From positions 64,001 to 128,000 of the forward strand of contig OZ244653.1 of assembly GCA_965218795.1 (NCBI GenBank): DNA of 64,000 bases, given 5' to 3'. Below are positions 49,382-59,070 of the stretch, piece after piece. The stretch comes from a bacterium (GTDB taxonomy: Bacteria > UBA8248 > JACPRG01 > G963555815). The first letter of the stretch is position 1. The number at the start of each line of letters is the position of its first letter. Below the pieces are notes generated by a model. That model did not search any database, had not been told where the DNA came from, and saw nothing but the letters and a program-made list of their open reading frames with translations. Made by a program: the position numbers and the translations under genes.

Positions 49382-50800
49382 ATGACTGAAATTTCTGACG
49401 CGAACAGTCTTGCTGCATGGCTGGAGCAGAGGCCGCCCGAGTTCGCATGTTCGCTGGGCGCACGAATTGCACTGCGGATGACGCCGATATTGGGGAGCGC
49501 CTTGTATGCGGATCAGGCGGCGCGGCGCGGCCGCATCGTGCTGCCGTCTTTTCGTGCGTTGGCGGCTGCGAGCTTTGGTGGTGCATGGCCCGGTCGGTTT
49601 GTGGAGATGCGACAGGCGGCCCGTAGCGCCGCTCGCAGCGCAGAGGATGCGATGTCGGAAACATTCAACGAAGGCCAGATGAATGTCATCGACAGTGTGG
49701 AGGTGGTTCCGGAAGAGTACCGCTATATTCACGAGATGAAGGCGGATGCGAATGCCCTCGGTGTTGCTTTAAGCGCTGTAGATGTCATCGCGAAGGCGGT
49801 TCAGGCGACTGCCGACATGATCGACGCCAGTAATGGTATTGCGAGCTCCGATGCCGTTCTGGAATCGGTGATTGCGGCGGGTAATGCTGGCCACTCGGCA
49901 GTTGATGGCGCTAACGGTTACGAAGAGTTACACTCCGAGCCGGAGGACGATAACGACGAGAATCCGACTACTCCGCGACATATCTACGATTTCTGGAAGG
50001 CAGTGGAGGGCGACGCGAGATTCCTTGAGGCAAGCACGGTTCAAGAGGGTCCGACGGCAGCACCTGTTGACGGCCTGCAGAAAATGTCGCTGTGGCTTGA
50101 CGGCATTCCAGTCTGGGCGAGCAGACAGTGGGCGCTTTTCAAAGACGACCTACCGGACGAGGAAGGATGGAACGTTTGGGTTGACTGGTACGAGGCTCGA
50201 TGGGCAGGCCGGCCCGGTGACGCCGGTCTGGAGCTTGCCCGCGTTACGATTGGGGAAGAGGACTGGGAAAAAGGCCCAGCTCACGTGAACGCGATGATCG
50301 ACGGAATGATCAAGGGTCAGTCCGAACCGATCACCTTGGCTATTTCCCATGGTTTCGAGCAACTGGAAGAGACTGAAGAAATTGTCGATTTGGCCTCACA
50401 TGCAGCGCGAATACGTCGCGCGTTGCCGGACGATCCTTCTCAGGTGATAGGTGCAACCAAAGAGATGCTGGAAGCAACCATGAAAACCATACTTCATCGA
50501 CGTGGTTGTGAGGTGAAAGGCACGATAAGCTTTCCCAACTTGGTAGAGCGATGTTTTTCCGAGTTGGATATTGCGAATGTATCCGATGCGACCGCCATTG
50601 CAGATCGTCCTGTTCAAGAAGTCGCGAAGGCCGCCAAGGAAATGCTTTTGGCCGCGAACAAACTTCGAAATCGAGCTGGAACAGGACACGGACGAGTAGT
50701 AGGGCAAGAGCCAAGCGTTGCGAATACCGACGCGGCGCTGGTTGCGTCGACGGGCATGGTTTTGGCGGCTTGGCTATTGCGGCACGGAGATCAAGTCTGA
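49382..50800 (+). CDS. Abortive-infection (Abi_C/AbiJ-like) C-terminal domain protein with a long helical N-terminal region
   Basis: C-terminal DDPSQVIGATKEMLEATMKTIL...LRNRAGTGHGR (HEPN-like R-x-H motif). Confidence 0.78.
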   Translation: MTEISDANSLAAWLEQRPPEFACSLGARIALRMTPILGSALYADQAARRGRIVLPSFRALAAASFGGAWPGRFVEMRQAARSAARSAEDAMSETFNEGQMNVIDSVEVVPEEYRYIHEMKADANALGVALSAVDVIAKAVQATADMIDASNGIASSDAVLESVIAAGNAGHSAVDGANGYEELHSEPEDDNDENPTTPRHIYDFWKAVEGDARFLEASTVQEGPTAAPVDGLQKMSLWLDGIPVWASRQWALFKDDLPDEEGWNVWVDWYEARWAGRPGDAGLELARVTIGEEDWEKGPAHVNAMIDGMIKGQSEPITLAISHGFEQLEETEEIVDLASHAARIRRALPDDPSQVIGATKEMLEATMKTILHRRGCEVKGTISFPNLVERCFSELDIANVSDATAIADRPVQEVAKAAKEMLLAANKLRNRAGTGHGRVVGQEPSVANTDAALVASTGMVLAAWLLRHGDQV

Positions 50801-51162
50801 TGGTTCCTGAACGGACCGTAGAAGGCAGGTTCCGGACGGGATCTGGAACAGGGCATATTCCCAAATAATATCAATATGATAACGAGATTTCACGGCTGGA
50901 AAGAACGTGCTTACGACCGTATCCGAACATATCATGTCATTTTTTCCTGACACCAGTAACCCCCATTGGAAGGTGAATCGTCCCGTCCGTCGCTTGTCCA
51001 TGGATGAGCTCGATATGGGGAAGGAAACACCGTGCAACACGGTTGCATGCCCGTTCCGGGGCCGTGCAATGTCCTTCTTCGCCGGTTCTCCGCTGACCAA
51101 ATGACGGTTGTTGTAGCGGGGATGATTGGCAAACGCCTGAAATATGAAGACTTGGTGAGTTA

Positions 51163-54100
51163 ATGCAAGATAATGGCGCGATTTACAAGGCACTGCGAAC
51201 CTTCGCCGACACGGTGACGGACAAAACGTCGCAGGTCACGGCTGGCGAGCCGGAAGAGCAGTTGCGCGCGCCCTTCGAGACCTTCATGTCCAACGTGGCC
51301 GCCGCTCTCGGATGGGAGGTCGTCTGCACCGGCGAAACGCCTTTGCCAGAGCGTCTCGGCCGTCCTGATTACGCCGTTCACAAGAGCAGGCTGCTCGCCG
51401 GATACGTCGAACTCAAGGCACCCGGCGTCGGCGCCACCGCCAGCCGTTTCACAGGCCGCAACCGCGAACAATTCAACCGCTTCTCCTCCATACCGAACAT
51501 CCTCTACACAGACGGCAACGAATGGGCGCTCTATCGCGGCGGCGAGCGCGTGGGCAAGGTCGTCCGTCTCTCGGGCGACGTTGCCGCCGACGGCGGAAAA
51601 GCCGCTACTTCTGAAAACGCTCTGGCTTTGGATGCCCTCTTGCGCGATTTTCTCCTGTGGGAGCCGATCATCCCCCGTGATCGCAGGGGCAAGGTCGATT
51701 TCAAAGGATTCGCCGATCTTCTGGCCCCTTTGTGCCGAATTCTTCGTGACGACGTGACCGATGCGCTCAAGGATACGGACTCGCCACTCGTCCGGCTCGC
51801 CGAGGATTGGCGGCAACTGCTTTTCCCCGAGGCCTCAGACGAACAATTCGCCGACGCCTACGCCCAGACCGCCGCTTTCGCCCTGCTCCTGGGCCGCAGT
51901 GAAGGGGCCGACCCGCTCACGCTCGACAGCGCCGAGGCCGCGCTCGCCGAGCAACACAACCTGCTTTCGCGCGCTCTACAAGTGCTCACTGACCCCGAGG
52001 CTCGCGACGAGATAGCCGCTTCCCTTGACTTGCTCCTGCGCGTCATCGCCGTCGTGCCGCCCGACACACTCGGCGGCCCGCAAGACCCCTGGCTCTACTT
52101 CTACGAAGATTTCCTCGCCGCCTACGATCCCGAGTTGCGCAAGAAAGCCGGGGTTTATTACACCCCCGTCGAGGTGGTCCACGCCCAGACGCGCCTGATC
52201 GACGATCTGCTCGTCAACCGGTTGAACAAGCCGCTCGGCTTCGCCGACCCCGGCGTCGTAACGCTCGACCCCGCCGTTGGCACGGGCACGTATCTGCTCG
52301 GCGTCATCGAACACGCCCTTGGCCGCGTCGAAGCGGAACAGGGCGCGGGAGCGGTCGCGGGCCAAGCCGCCACGCTGGCCGGGAACCTCTACGGCTTCGA
52401 GTTGATGGTCGGCCCCTACGCCGTCGCCGAGTTGCGAGTCAGTCGCGCCTTGAATGATCACGGTGCGTCGTTGCCGGCCGAGGGAACGCGCATTTACCTG
52501 ACCGACACGCTCGAAAGTCCCAACGCAGAGCCTCCGCAGATGCCACTCATCCTTCGACCCATCGCCGAACAGCACGAAAAGGCGCTCAAGGTGAAAAGCG
52601 AAGTTCCGGTCATCGTATGCCTGGGCAACCCGCCCTACGAACGACATGAAGCCGTAGATACGGAAACCGAGGACAACCTTTCCCAATACGGGGGATGGGT
52701 TCGATTCGGCGATCCCTTGTCCGACAATGTAGTCAAGGACAAAAGAGGGAGAGACAGGGAACTAAAAACCGCCAAAGTCAGACTCGAAAGAAGACAGGAA
52801 CTCTCTATTCTGAAGGATTTCATCGACCCCGCGATCGATGCCGGCCACGGCGGCGACGTCAAGAATATCTACAATCTCTACGTCTACTTCTGGCGCTGGG
52901 CACTGTGGAAGGTTTTCGAGCACGACACCGCCGAAGGCCCCGGCGTCGTCAGCTTCATCAGCGCGTCGAGCTATCTCGACGGCGACGCCTTTTGCGGAAT
53001 GCGCGAGCACATGCGCCGCCTCTGCGATGAGATATGGATTCTCGACCTCGGCGGCGAGGGACGCGGAACGCGCAAGGACGAAAACGTATTTGCTATACAG
53101 ACGCCCGTGGCCATTGCCGTGGCTTTCCGGTCGAAAGAGGCGAACCTGGACAAGCCCGCCAATGCGCATTACACCCGCATTGAAGGCAAGCGAGCGGAAA
53201 AACTCGCCAAACTCGACGAGACCAAGGGCTTAGAAACGATGGAATGGCGGGACTGCCCGGGCGACTGGCAGGCTCCTTTCCGTCCAGCGGGCGTGGGCGA
53301 ATACTTCGACTGGCCGATGCTGAACAACCTCATGCCGTGGCAGCATTCCGGTGCGGAGTTGAAACGAACCTGGCCGATTGGACCAGACGCGAAAACGCTT
53401 GAGCGACGCTGGCGAGAGCTTTTGCAGACCACTGATCGACCAAAGGCATTCCGTGAAACCGAAGACCGTACCGTCGCCGGTACATATCGTGTTGTTCTGT
53501 CAGGGGAAAGCGATTCGACGCCGATCGCCGAACTGCCGGATAACGCGCCTATGCCGAAAGTCCAGCGCTACGCATACCGCTCATTCGACCGCCACTGTAT
53601 CATCGCAGACGGCCGCTTGATGTCTCGGCCCCGACCCGACCTGTGGCGCGTCAACGGAAAATGGCAGGTGTATTTGACGAGCTTGTTTAACCATCCCCTT
53701 GGCAAAGGACCGTCATTAACGGTTTGTTCACATATTCCGGATTGTCATCATTTTCGAGGCTCCTATGGTGGCAAAGATGTTATCCCCCTCTATCGGGCCG
53801 CCGACGCTTCCGAGGCCAATATCCTGCCCAACCTACTCGAAATCCTCGGCGCGGCATACGAACATGAAGTCACGCCCGATGACTTTGCCGCCTACATCTA
53901 CGGCGTGCTGGCGCAACCGGCCTTTGCTGCAAAGTTTTTCACACAACTGGAAACTCGAGAATTGCATGTGCCCATCACAAAAGACGCCGCGCTGTTCCAG
54001 CAGGTTCGCGAGGCGGGCGCGCGATTGCTCTGGCTGCACACTTACGGCGAGCGCCTCGTCCCAGAGGACATACCCGTCGGTCAGATCCCCCGCGGCGCGG

Positions 54101-54540
54101 CGAGATGCGCCAAGGCTGTTCCCGGCGATGCCAACGGCTATCCCGAAGATTTCGATTACAACGATGCGACACGGACGATCCGCGTCGGCGAAGGCGAGTT
54201 CACGCCCGTCGCGCCCGAGGTGTACGGCTTCGAGGTGTCGGGTCTCAAGGTTGTGCAATCGTGGCTCAAGTACCGCATGAAGAAGGGAGCAGGCAGGAAA
54301 TCCTCGCCCCTCGACGACATCCGCCCCCAAAGCTGGACGAGCCGGTTTACGACCGAACTACTCGAACTGCTCTGGGTGCTGGAAGAGACGGTCGCAGGCT
54401 ATCCCGCACAAGCGGAATTGCTCGACGCCGTGCTCGAAGGTGAATGTTTCCGCGCCGACGAACTACCTCCCGTCCCGGACGAAATGCGTGAGCCATCTGA
54501 GATTCAAACAGGAGAAAGAACACAACAGGGATTCTTTTAA
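51163..54540 (+). CDS. Single-chain type IIG/ISP-like restriction-modification enzyme (no helicase)
   Basis: N-terminal RPDY...YVELK nuclease, YFYEDFL..YD...GVYYTP, LDPAVGTGT (motif I), GNPPY (motif IV), YAYRSFD and C-terminal specificity region. Confidence 0.9.
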   Translation: MQDNGAIYKALRTFADTVTDKTSQVTAGEPEEQLRAPFETFMSNVAAALGWEVVCTGETPLPERLGRPDYAVHKSRLLAGYVELKAPGVGATASRFTGRNREQFNRFSSIPNILYTDGNEWALYRGGERVGKVVRLSGDVAADGGKAATSENALALDALLRDFLLWEPIIPRDRRGKVDFKGFADLLAPLCRILRDDVTDALKDTDSPLVRLAEDWRQLLFPEASDEQFADAYAQTAAFALLLGRSEGADPLTLDSAEAALAEQHNLLSRALQVLTDPEARDEIAASLDLLLRVIAVVPPDTLGGPQDPWLYFYEDFLAAYDPELRKKAGVYYTPVEVVHAQTRLIDDLLVNRLNKPLGFADPGVVTLDPAVGTGTYLLGVIEHALGRVEAEQGAGAVAGQAATLAGNLYGFELMVGPYAVAELRVSRALNDHGASLPAEGTRIYLTDTLESPNAEPPQMPLILRPIAEQHEKALKVKSEVPVIVCLGNPPYERHEAVDTETEDNLSQYGGWVRFGDPLSDNVVKDKRGRDRELKTAKVRLERRQELSILKDFIDPAIDAGHGGDVKNIYNLYVYFWRWALWKVFEHDTAEGPGVVSFISASSYLDGDAFCGMREHMRRLCDEIWILDLGGEGRGTRKDENVFAIQTPVAIAVAFRSKEANLDKPANAHYTRIEGKRAEKLAKLDETKGLETMEWRDCPGDWQAPFRPAGVGEYFDWPMLNNLMPWQHSGAELKRTWPIGPDAKTLERRWRELLQTTDRPKAFRETEDRTVAGTYRVVLSGESDSTPIAELPDNAPMPKVQRYAYRSFDRHCIIADGRLMSRPRPDLWRVNGKWQVYLTSLFNHPLGKGPSLTVCSHIPDCHHFRGSYGGKDVIPLYRAADASEANILPNLLEILGAAYEHEVTPDDFAAYIYGVLAQPAFAAKFFTQLETRELHVPITKDAALFQQVREAGARLLWLHTYGERLVPEDIPVGQIPRGAARCAKAVPGDANGYPEDFDYNDATRTIRVGEGEFTPVAPEVYGFEVSGLKVVQSWLKYRMKKGAGRKSSPLDDIRPQSWTSRFTTELLELLWVLEETVAGYPAQAELLDAVLEGECFRADELPPVPDEMREPSEIQTGERTQQGFF

Positions 54541-54634
54541 GTGGAGAGACAGCCACTCCATGACCTCAAGTTACGGTGAGAATTTCGAGCCTAGAAAGAC
54601 AAGCGAAAAATGTAGAAATGGATGCTCGATTCCA

Positions 54635-54659
54635 GGGACACCATACTTGATGAATGACT
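54635..54659 (+). repeat. Second copy of the RAYT-remnant left end
   Basis: GGGACACCATACTTGATGAATGACT, 23/25 identical to 39420-39444. Confidence 0.75.
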
Positions 54660-54886
54660 TTCGGATGGGTCCGCCGCAGCCTCGACGAGGTGGTCGTCTG
54701 TGCAGCGGATCGAAAACAATTGAGAACGGCCAAAATAACCGGGGAATTCGGGGGGGGGGGGAACGGCCGGGAAACCGTCAAGGGTGTATGAGGTGCTGGA
54801 AGACCCTCCACCGCATCGGCCTTCGCCTCGCGGCTCGGCTTGTCTGGATTCCCGTCCCCGATTGAAACCTTCGAGGGCATGCTTGA

Positions 54887-55321
54887 GCGGGAATGACAAA
54901 TGGAAAATCCTACCGAAAAAGGCTCTGGAAACGCCTGTGAAAAGCCCTTGCAAGGGGGTTGCAATGGGCGTGCATGGACCGCGCCCGATGCCGACGATCC
55001 GTGAAGCGGAACGGCTATCTCCCCCCACCGGAAAATCCGCGGGCTGCGCCCTTGATTTGCCGACTCCCCCTCAAGGGGGGAGTGGTTATTGGAGCAGGAG
55101 GCCATGACTGGGTTCCCGCCTGCGCGGGAATGACAAGTGGAAAATCCCACCGAAAAAGGCCCTGGAAACGCCTGTGAAAAGCCCTTGCAAGGGGGTTGCA
55201 ATGGGCGTGCATGGACCGCGCTCGATGCCGACGATGTGTGAAGCGGAACGGCCTTTTCCCCCCACCGGAAAATCCGCGGGCTGGGCCCTTGATTTGCCGA
55301 CTCCCCCTCAAGGGGGGAGTG
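54887..55321. repeat. Tandem duplication of a ~200-bp composite repeat (period 237 bp)
   Basis: Units start GCGGGAATGACAA at 54887 and 55124 and end CTCCCCCTCAAGGGGGGAGTG at 55084 and 55321. Confidence 0.9.
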
Positions 55322-55568
55322 ATTGAAAGACCGGGAGCAGGCTGGCCAGGTGGGCGCCTGTCTGACGCTCAGCGGTGAGCTGTCCAGGAATCCCCGCCAA
55401 AAAGGCGGTTCAACCCCCCTCATGTCTTTAATTTGTCCCGGAAAAGGCGCTTGTTACGCGATTTTTAGGCGTTTGAGGCAAGAAAGCGACGGTCGAATTT
55501 CAGGGCGAAGGATCAGGCGTTCACGCGTACTTTGCGGAGCGCGCCGACGGCACCCACCGCCACTTCTG

Positions 55569-55638
55569 CACGGTATTCCACGGTATTCCACGGTATTCCA
55601 CGGTAAGACACGGTAAGACACGGATAAGCACGGTATTC
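55569..55638. repeat. Tandem 10-mer array (7 units)
   Basis: CACGGTATTC x3, CACGGTAAGA x2, CACGGATAAG, CACGGTATTC. Confidence 0.9.
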
Positions 55639-55731
55639 TGGCCCCTACAGATATAAAAATAACTCTTCACAGTTCCGTAAGACTCGGACTTCGTTCGATT
55701 TCCGCAGCCCTGTTTGGGGAAAGAGGGAGGG

Positions 55732-56940
55732 TTACTTCCCGTTCGGTCTTTCCAGGTTGAAGAGCTTCAACGCGGTCTCGCCCAGGATGTTCCGCTTCGC
55801 CTGGTCGGACAGGAACGGCAGGTCGAAGATCGAGCTGGGCAAATCGAAGTCCTGGTGCGGCCAATCCGAGGCATAAAGGAGCTGGGTCTCGGCTTTAATC
55901 ATTTCAAAGTTCATTTCGAGCACTTTCATGTTGCTCCGCTCCAGGGGTTGGCCCGAAAAAAACATCTCCCGGATGTATTCGCTCGGAAGCCGTTTCAGCG
56001 CCGGCGCCTCGGAGCTGCGGAGCATGTACTCATTGTCCAGCCGCTGCATAATGAAGGGCACCCAGGCCAATCCGCTCTCGACCCACATGACTTTGAGATT
56101 CGGAAACCGCTCCGGCAGGCCGTGAATCACCCAGTTGACCAGATGCACCAGGTTCCATAAGACGAAGCCCACGGAGTGTACGCCGAGGAACCGGTGGAAT
56201 TGCTCCATCACGGGCTCGTGCCAGTAATACCCGGCGTGAAAGGCCAGCGGCAGCCCCCGCTCCTCGAGGGCCGCGTAAATCTCCACGTATTGGTTGTCTT
56301 GAACCGGTTTGTTCCGGACGCTGGTAATCATGAACCCGATCACGCCGGGCTCGCCCGCGAATTCCTCTATCGTGCGCAGGGTCGCCGCCGGGTCGTTGAA
56401 AGGCAGACAGATCAGCGTCTTGATCCGGTCGTCGACCTTGAGGATGTTTTCCACCATAAAGCGGTTGAACGCCTGGGTCAGCAGGATCTGCATAGGGATC
56501 TGCGGGCTCATCCCCAACTGGAGCATCGACGTAGGAAACACAACCATGTAGTCCACGCTGAGGCACTCCATGGCGCGCTGGATCAGGATGACATCGCGAT
56601 GAACATCCGAATCCTCGACCGACTCCCACAGTCCGCCTTCGTGAGGAATGCGCCCGCCCACGTCCTGGTAGAGCAGCCCGCCGGCCACGTTCAGGCCGTA
56701 GGCGGCGGCCTTCTCCGACGTCATGGCCTGGGAGCGGATGACGGGGTCTTCGATGTATTGGGCGATGTCTTTCCAGTGCAGGGATTCGACGATGTGGGAG
56801 TCCACGTCGAAGACGACGTAATCCTGAAGGTTCCGCTCCTTCGCTTGCTGTTTGGCGCGCGCCAGAACATCGCGCGTGTCCGTCACGGCGTCCATGACCT
56901 GGACGGGGAATTGTCGGTCGACCTGCAATCCTGACTCCAT
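55732..56940 (-). CDS. Amidohydrolase-fold protein, paralog 1 (candidate dinuclear oxygenase)
   Basis: DVDSH, VFPT, FHAG, WVESG, YASDWPHQDFD. Confidence 0.85.
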   Translation of the reverse strand: MESGLQVDRQFPVQVMDAVTDTRDVLARAKQQAKERNLQDYVVFDVDSHIVESLHWKDIAQYIEDPVIRSQAMTSEKAAAYGLNVAGGLLYQDVGGRIPHEGGLWESVEDSDVHRDVILIQRAMECLSVDYMVVFPTSMLQLGMSPQIPMQILLTQAFNRFMVENILKVDDRIKTLICLPFNDPAATLRTIEEFAGEPGVIGFMITSVRNKPVQDNQYVEIYAALEERGLPLAFHAGYYWHEPVMEQFHRFLGVHSVGFVLWNLVHLVNWVIHGLPERFPNLKVMWVESGLAWVPFIMQRLDNEYMLRSSEAPALKRLPSEYIREMFFSGQPLERSNMKVLEMNFEMIKAETQLLYASDWPHQDFDLPSSIFDLPFLSDQAKRNILGETALKLFNLERPNGK

Positions 56941-57092
56941 ACTCTTGTTCTCCTCCGGCAACTTCAGGGGGTTCGAAATTCCGGATGCTTCCGGCGTTGC
57001 CCGGCCCGGCGGAGGTGACGCCCTTTTTGCTCGGCCGCGAAGGCGCGCGAAGACCCCCCGAACCATCGAAAGGCGTTAAGAGAAGCAACGAC

Positions 57093-57133
57093 AGCGGGAC
57101 CAGGGCGGGCCGTCCGCCCGCCCTGGTCCCGCT
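57093..57133. terminator. 18-bp perfect hairpin immediately downstream of the SBP gene
   Basis: AGCGGGACCAGGGCGGGC-CGTCC-GCCCGCCCTGGTCCCGCT; weak U-tract. Confidence 0.6.
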
Positions 57134-57138
57134 CCTTC

Positions 57139-58137
57139 TCAGTTCTCCGGGAAAAACGCGTTGGAGTAGTACCGATCCGCGGCGAGCGGCTTCATTTTCC
57201 GGTACTTCGCCAACAGACGGATGGTGTTCTCCCAGTCTTCACTGGCCATCCAGCCGATGGGCTTGCCTTTGGATCGTTCCGTGTGCAGAAGGCTCAGTGA
57301 CATTTTCAGGTTCTCGATGGCGATCTTCTTCTTCGAGACGATCATGGGGGCCCGCTTCATCAGCATGTCGATCGACTTCTCCGGATCCTTCAGGGCCTCC
57401 GCAAACCCCTTCGTTGTGGCCTTGATGAACTTCCGGAGCATTGCTCCCCGGTTTTTGATGGTCTGGGTATGGGCAATCAGCCCGCCGCCAAGGAGACTCA
57501 CCTTATAGTCGGAGTAGCGAAGATAGGTAAGGTCCGCGCCTTGGGACGTCATCTCGGGAACGGAGGTGAAGTAGTTGAGAATGGCGTCCACCTTTTTGGC
57601 GAGAAGAAGCTGAGGCATCGAGGCCGGCCCCGCGCTCACCTGGATGATCTTCGACATGTCGATGCCGTTGGCGCTGGCGAAGGCGGGGAAGAGGATCCAG
57701 CCGCTGTCCGCCGGCCCGAACGCCAGCCGCTTTCCTTCCACGTCTTTCGGCTTTTTGATTCCTGTCTCCCTGTGTGAGATGACCGCCTGGGGCCCGCTTT
57801 GCAGGAAGGAGAAGATGGCCTTGATGGGGGTCTTTTTGGATATGCCGAAGGCGGCCGTGCCCAGATCGGACACGCCGATGTCCGCCTTCTTGGCCCCGAC
57901 CGCCTGAATGGCGTACGACGACCCTTTGCCCTCGACGTAGTTAACGTCCAGGCCCTCCTCCTTATAGAAGCCGCTGTCGATGGCCAGCCAGAAGGGGCTG
58001 GTGTTCGGCTGCCAGACCCACCAGTTCTGGAACTGGATCTTCTCTGCCGCATGTGCGCCGACCCCCAAGCTGAGAACCAGCCCGAAAACGGCGACCATCC
58101 TGAAAGCCCATTTTCGTGTCCGTCTCGTGAAAATCAT
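57139..58137 (-). CDS. NMT1/THI5-like ABC substrate-binding protein
   Basis: Signal peptide, GFYKEEGLDV, EGKGS, IKKPKDVEGK. Confidence 0.88.
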   Translation of the reverse strand: MIFTRRTRKWAFRMVAVFGLVLSLGVGAHAAEKIQFQNWWVWQPNTSPFWLAIDSGFYKEEGLDVNYVEGKGSSYAIQAVGAKKADIGVSDLGTAAFGISKKTPIKAIFSFLQSGPQAVISHRETGIKKPKDVEGKRLAFGPADSGWILFPAFASANGIDMSKIIQVSAGPASMPQLLLAKKVDAILNYFTSVPEMTSQGADLTYLRYSDYKVSLLGGGLIAHTQTIKNRGAMLRKFIKATTKGFAEALKDPEKSIDMLMKRAPMIVSKKKIAIENLKMSLSLLHTERSKGKPIGWMASEDWENTIRLLAKYRKMKPLAADRYYSNAFFPEN

Positions 58138-58756
58138 CTCGAACCTCCCTCATCAGTTAAACGAAGAAAATGTCCACGCTCTTCATCCGTCAAGGCTGGA
58201 TTTCACGCGGCCACCGCCATCCAAAAGCAATGTCTCATACAGTTCGCCTTATACCTTCAACCCGGAATTCCCCATTTCAAATCCGGGCAGGCCTACACCT
58301 GCATCCTTCGATGCCGTTTGCCCATCAGAGCGATTTCTGGGGGACTTGTCAACACCAGTTCGGGCTCCTGAAACCCCAATTTCACCGGAGTCCGCCATGG
58401 GAAAACCATGCCACCCCGGCGTGTAAACAGGCTTCACCACCAGGTTGAAGCATAAGGGTCAGCATAGGGGCCAAGTCTTTTGTGGGCAAATATCGGCCTT
58501 CATTTTTCCCAACCTGACCTTGAACTTCTTGTCTGCCGTATTTCTGGATATGACCTGTGGCACGGCCATACGACTACGCCTTAGATTCCGGCTTCGAAAA
58601 TGCAGTCCACAGATTCCGCAGATTTCAGGAAAAGGAGAGAGGGAACGGGAGGGGACGAACAGTCACCGCCTGAACAACCATCGGTTGAAGATGCTCCCCT
58701 GCATGCGCTGCGAAGCAGCGTGAATAGGCAGTGGCACGGTTGAGTCGATGACTCTG

Positions 58757-58960
58757 CCGCCCGGGGATTTTCAGGCAGAGATGGTAGGGGCGATTCTTCA
58801 GACAATAGGCGAAGACCTCAATCCCCAAAGCTCATGGGTCTCGGCGAGGGTGTTGAGAAACGCCTCGTCATCCTGTTTCTTCCGGAATATCTCCTGGCGG
58901 GCACACCGCCGGTTCATGATATGCTCGACTGTGTCAGGGGATTGAATCCGAAGAGGTGAG
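58757..58960 (-). pseudogene. Second RAYT/IS200-like Y1 transposase remnant
   Basis: Minus strand reads PLRIQSPDTVEHIMNRRCARQEIF...DDEAFLNTLAETHELW/GIEVFAYCLKNRPYHLCLKIP. The HUH motif is degenerate and there is a frameshift at a G4 run. Confidence 0.72.
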
Positions 58961-59070
58961 CGGACAGACGGATTCAGGATCCTAAGGTGCTTGTAGCGCC
59001 TGAGAGGGAGGGAAAAAACACTTTAATCGGCATTACCTAATCACAATGGCCAAGGAGGGAGGGTTAAAAA

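Noticed and set aside
54566-55423. 285-aa ORF with an internal duplication
   Set aside because: It is a translation of the non-coding 237-bp tandem repeat.
54887-55638. CRISPR array
   Set aside because: The repeats are either contiguous 10-mers or ~200-bp units without unique spacers, and no cas genes are present.
37400-55700. Prophage or ICE
   Set aside because: No integrase, structural, replication or conjugation genes; the region is a patchwork of small accessory units.
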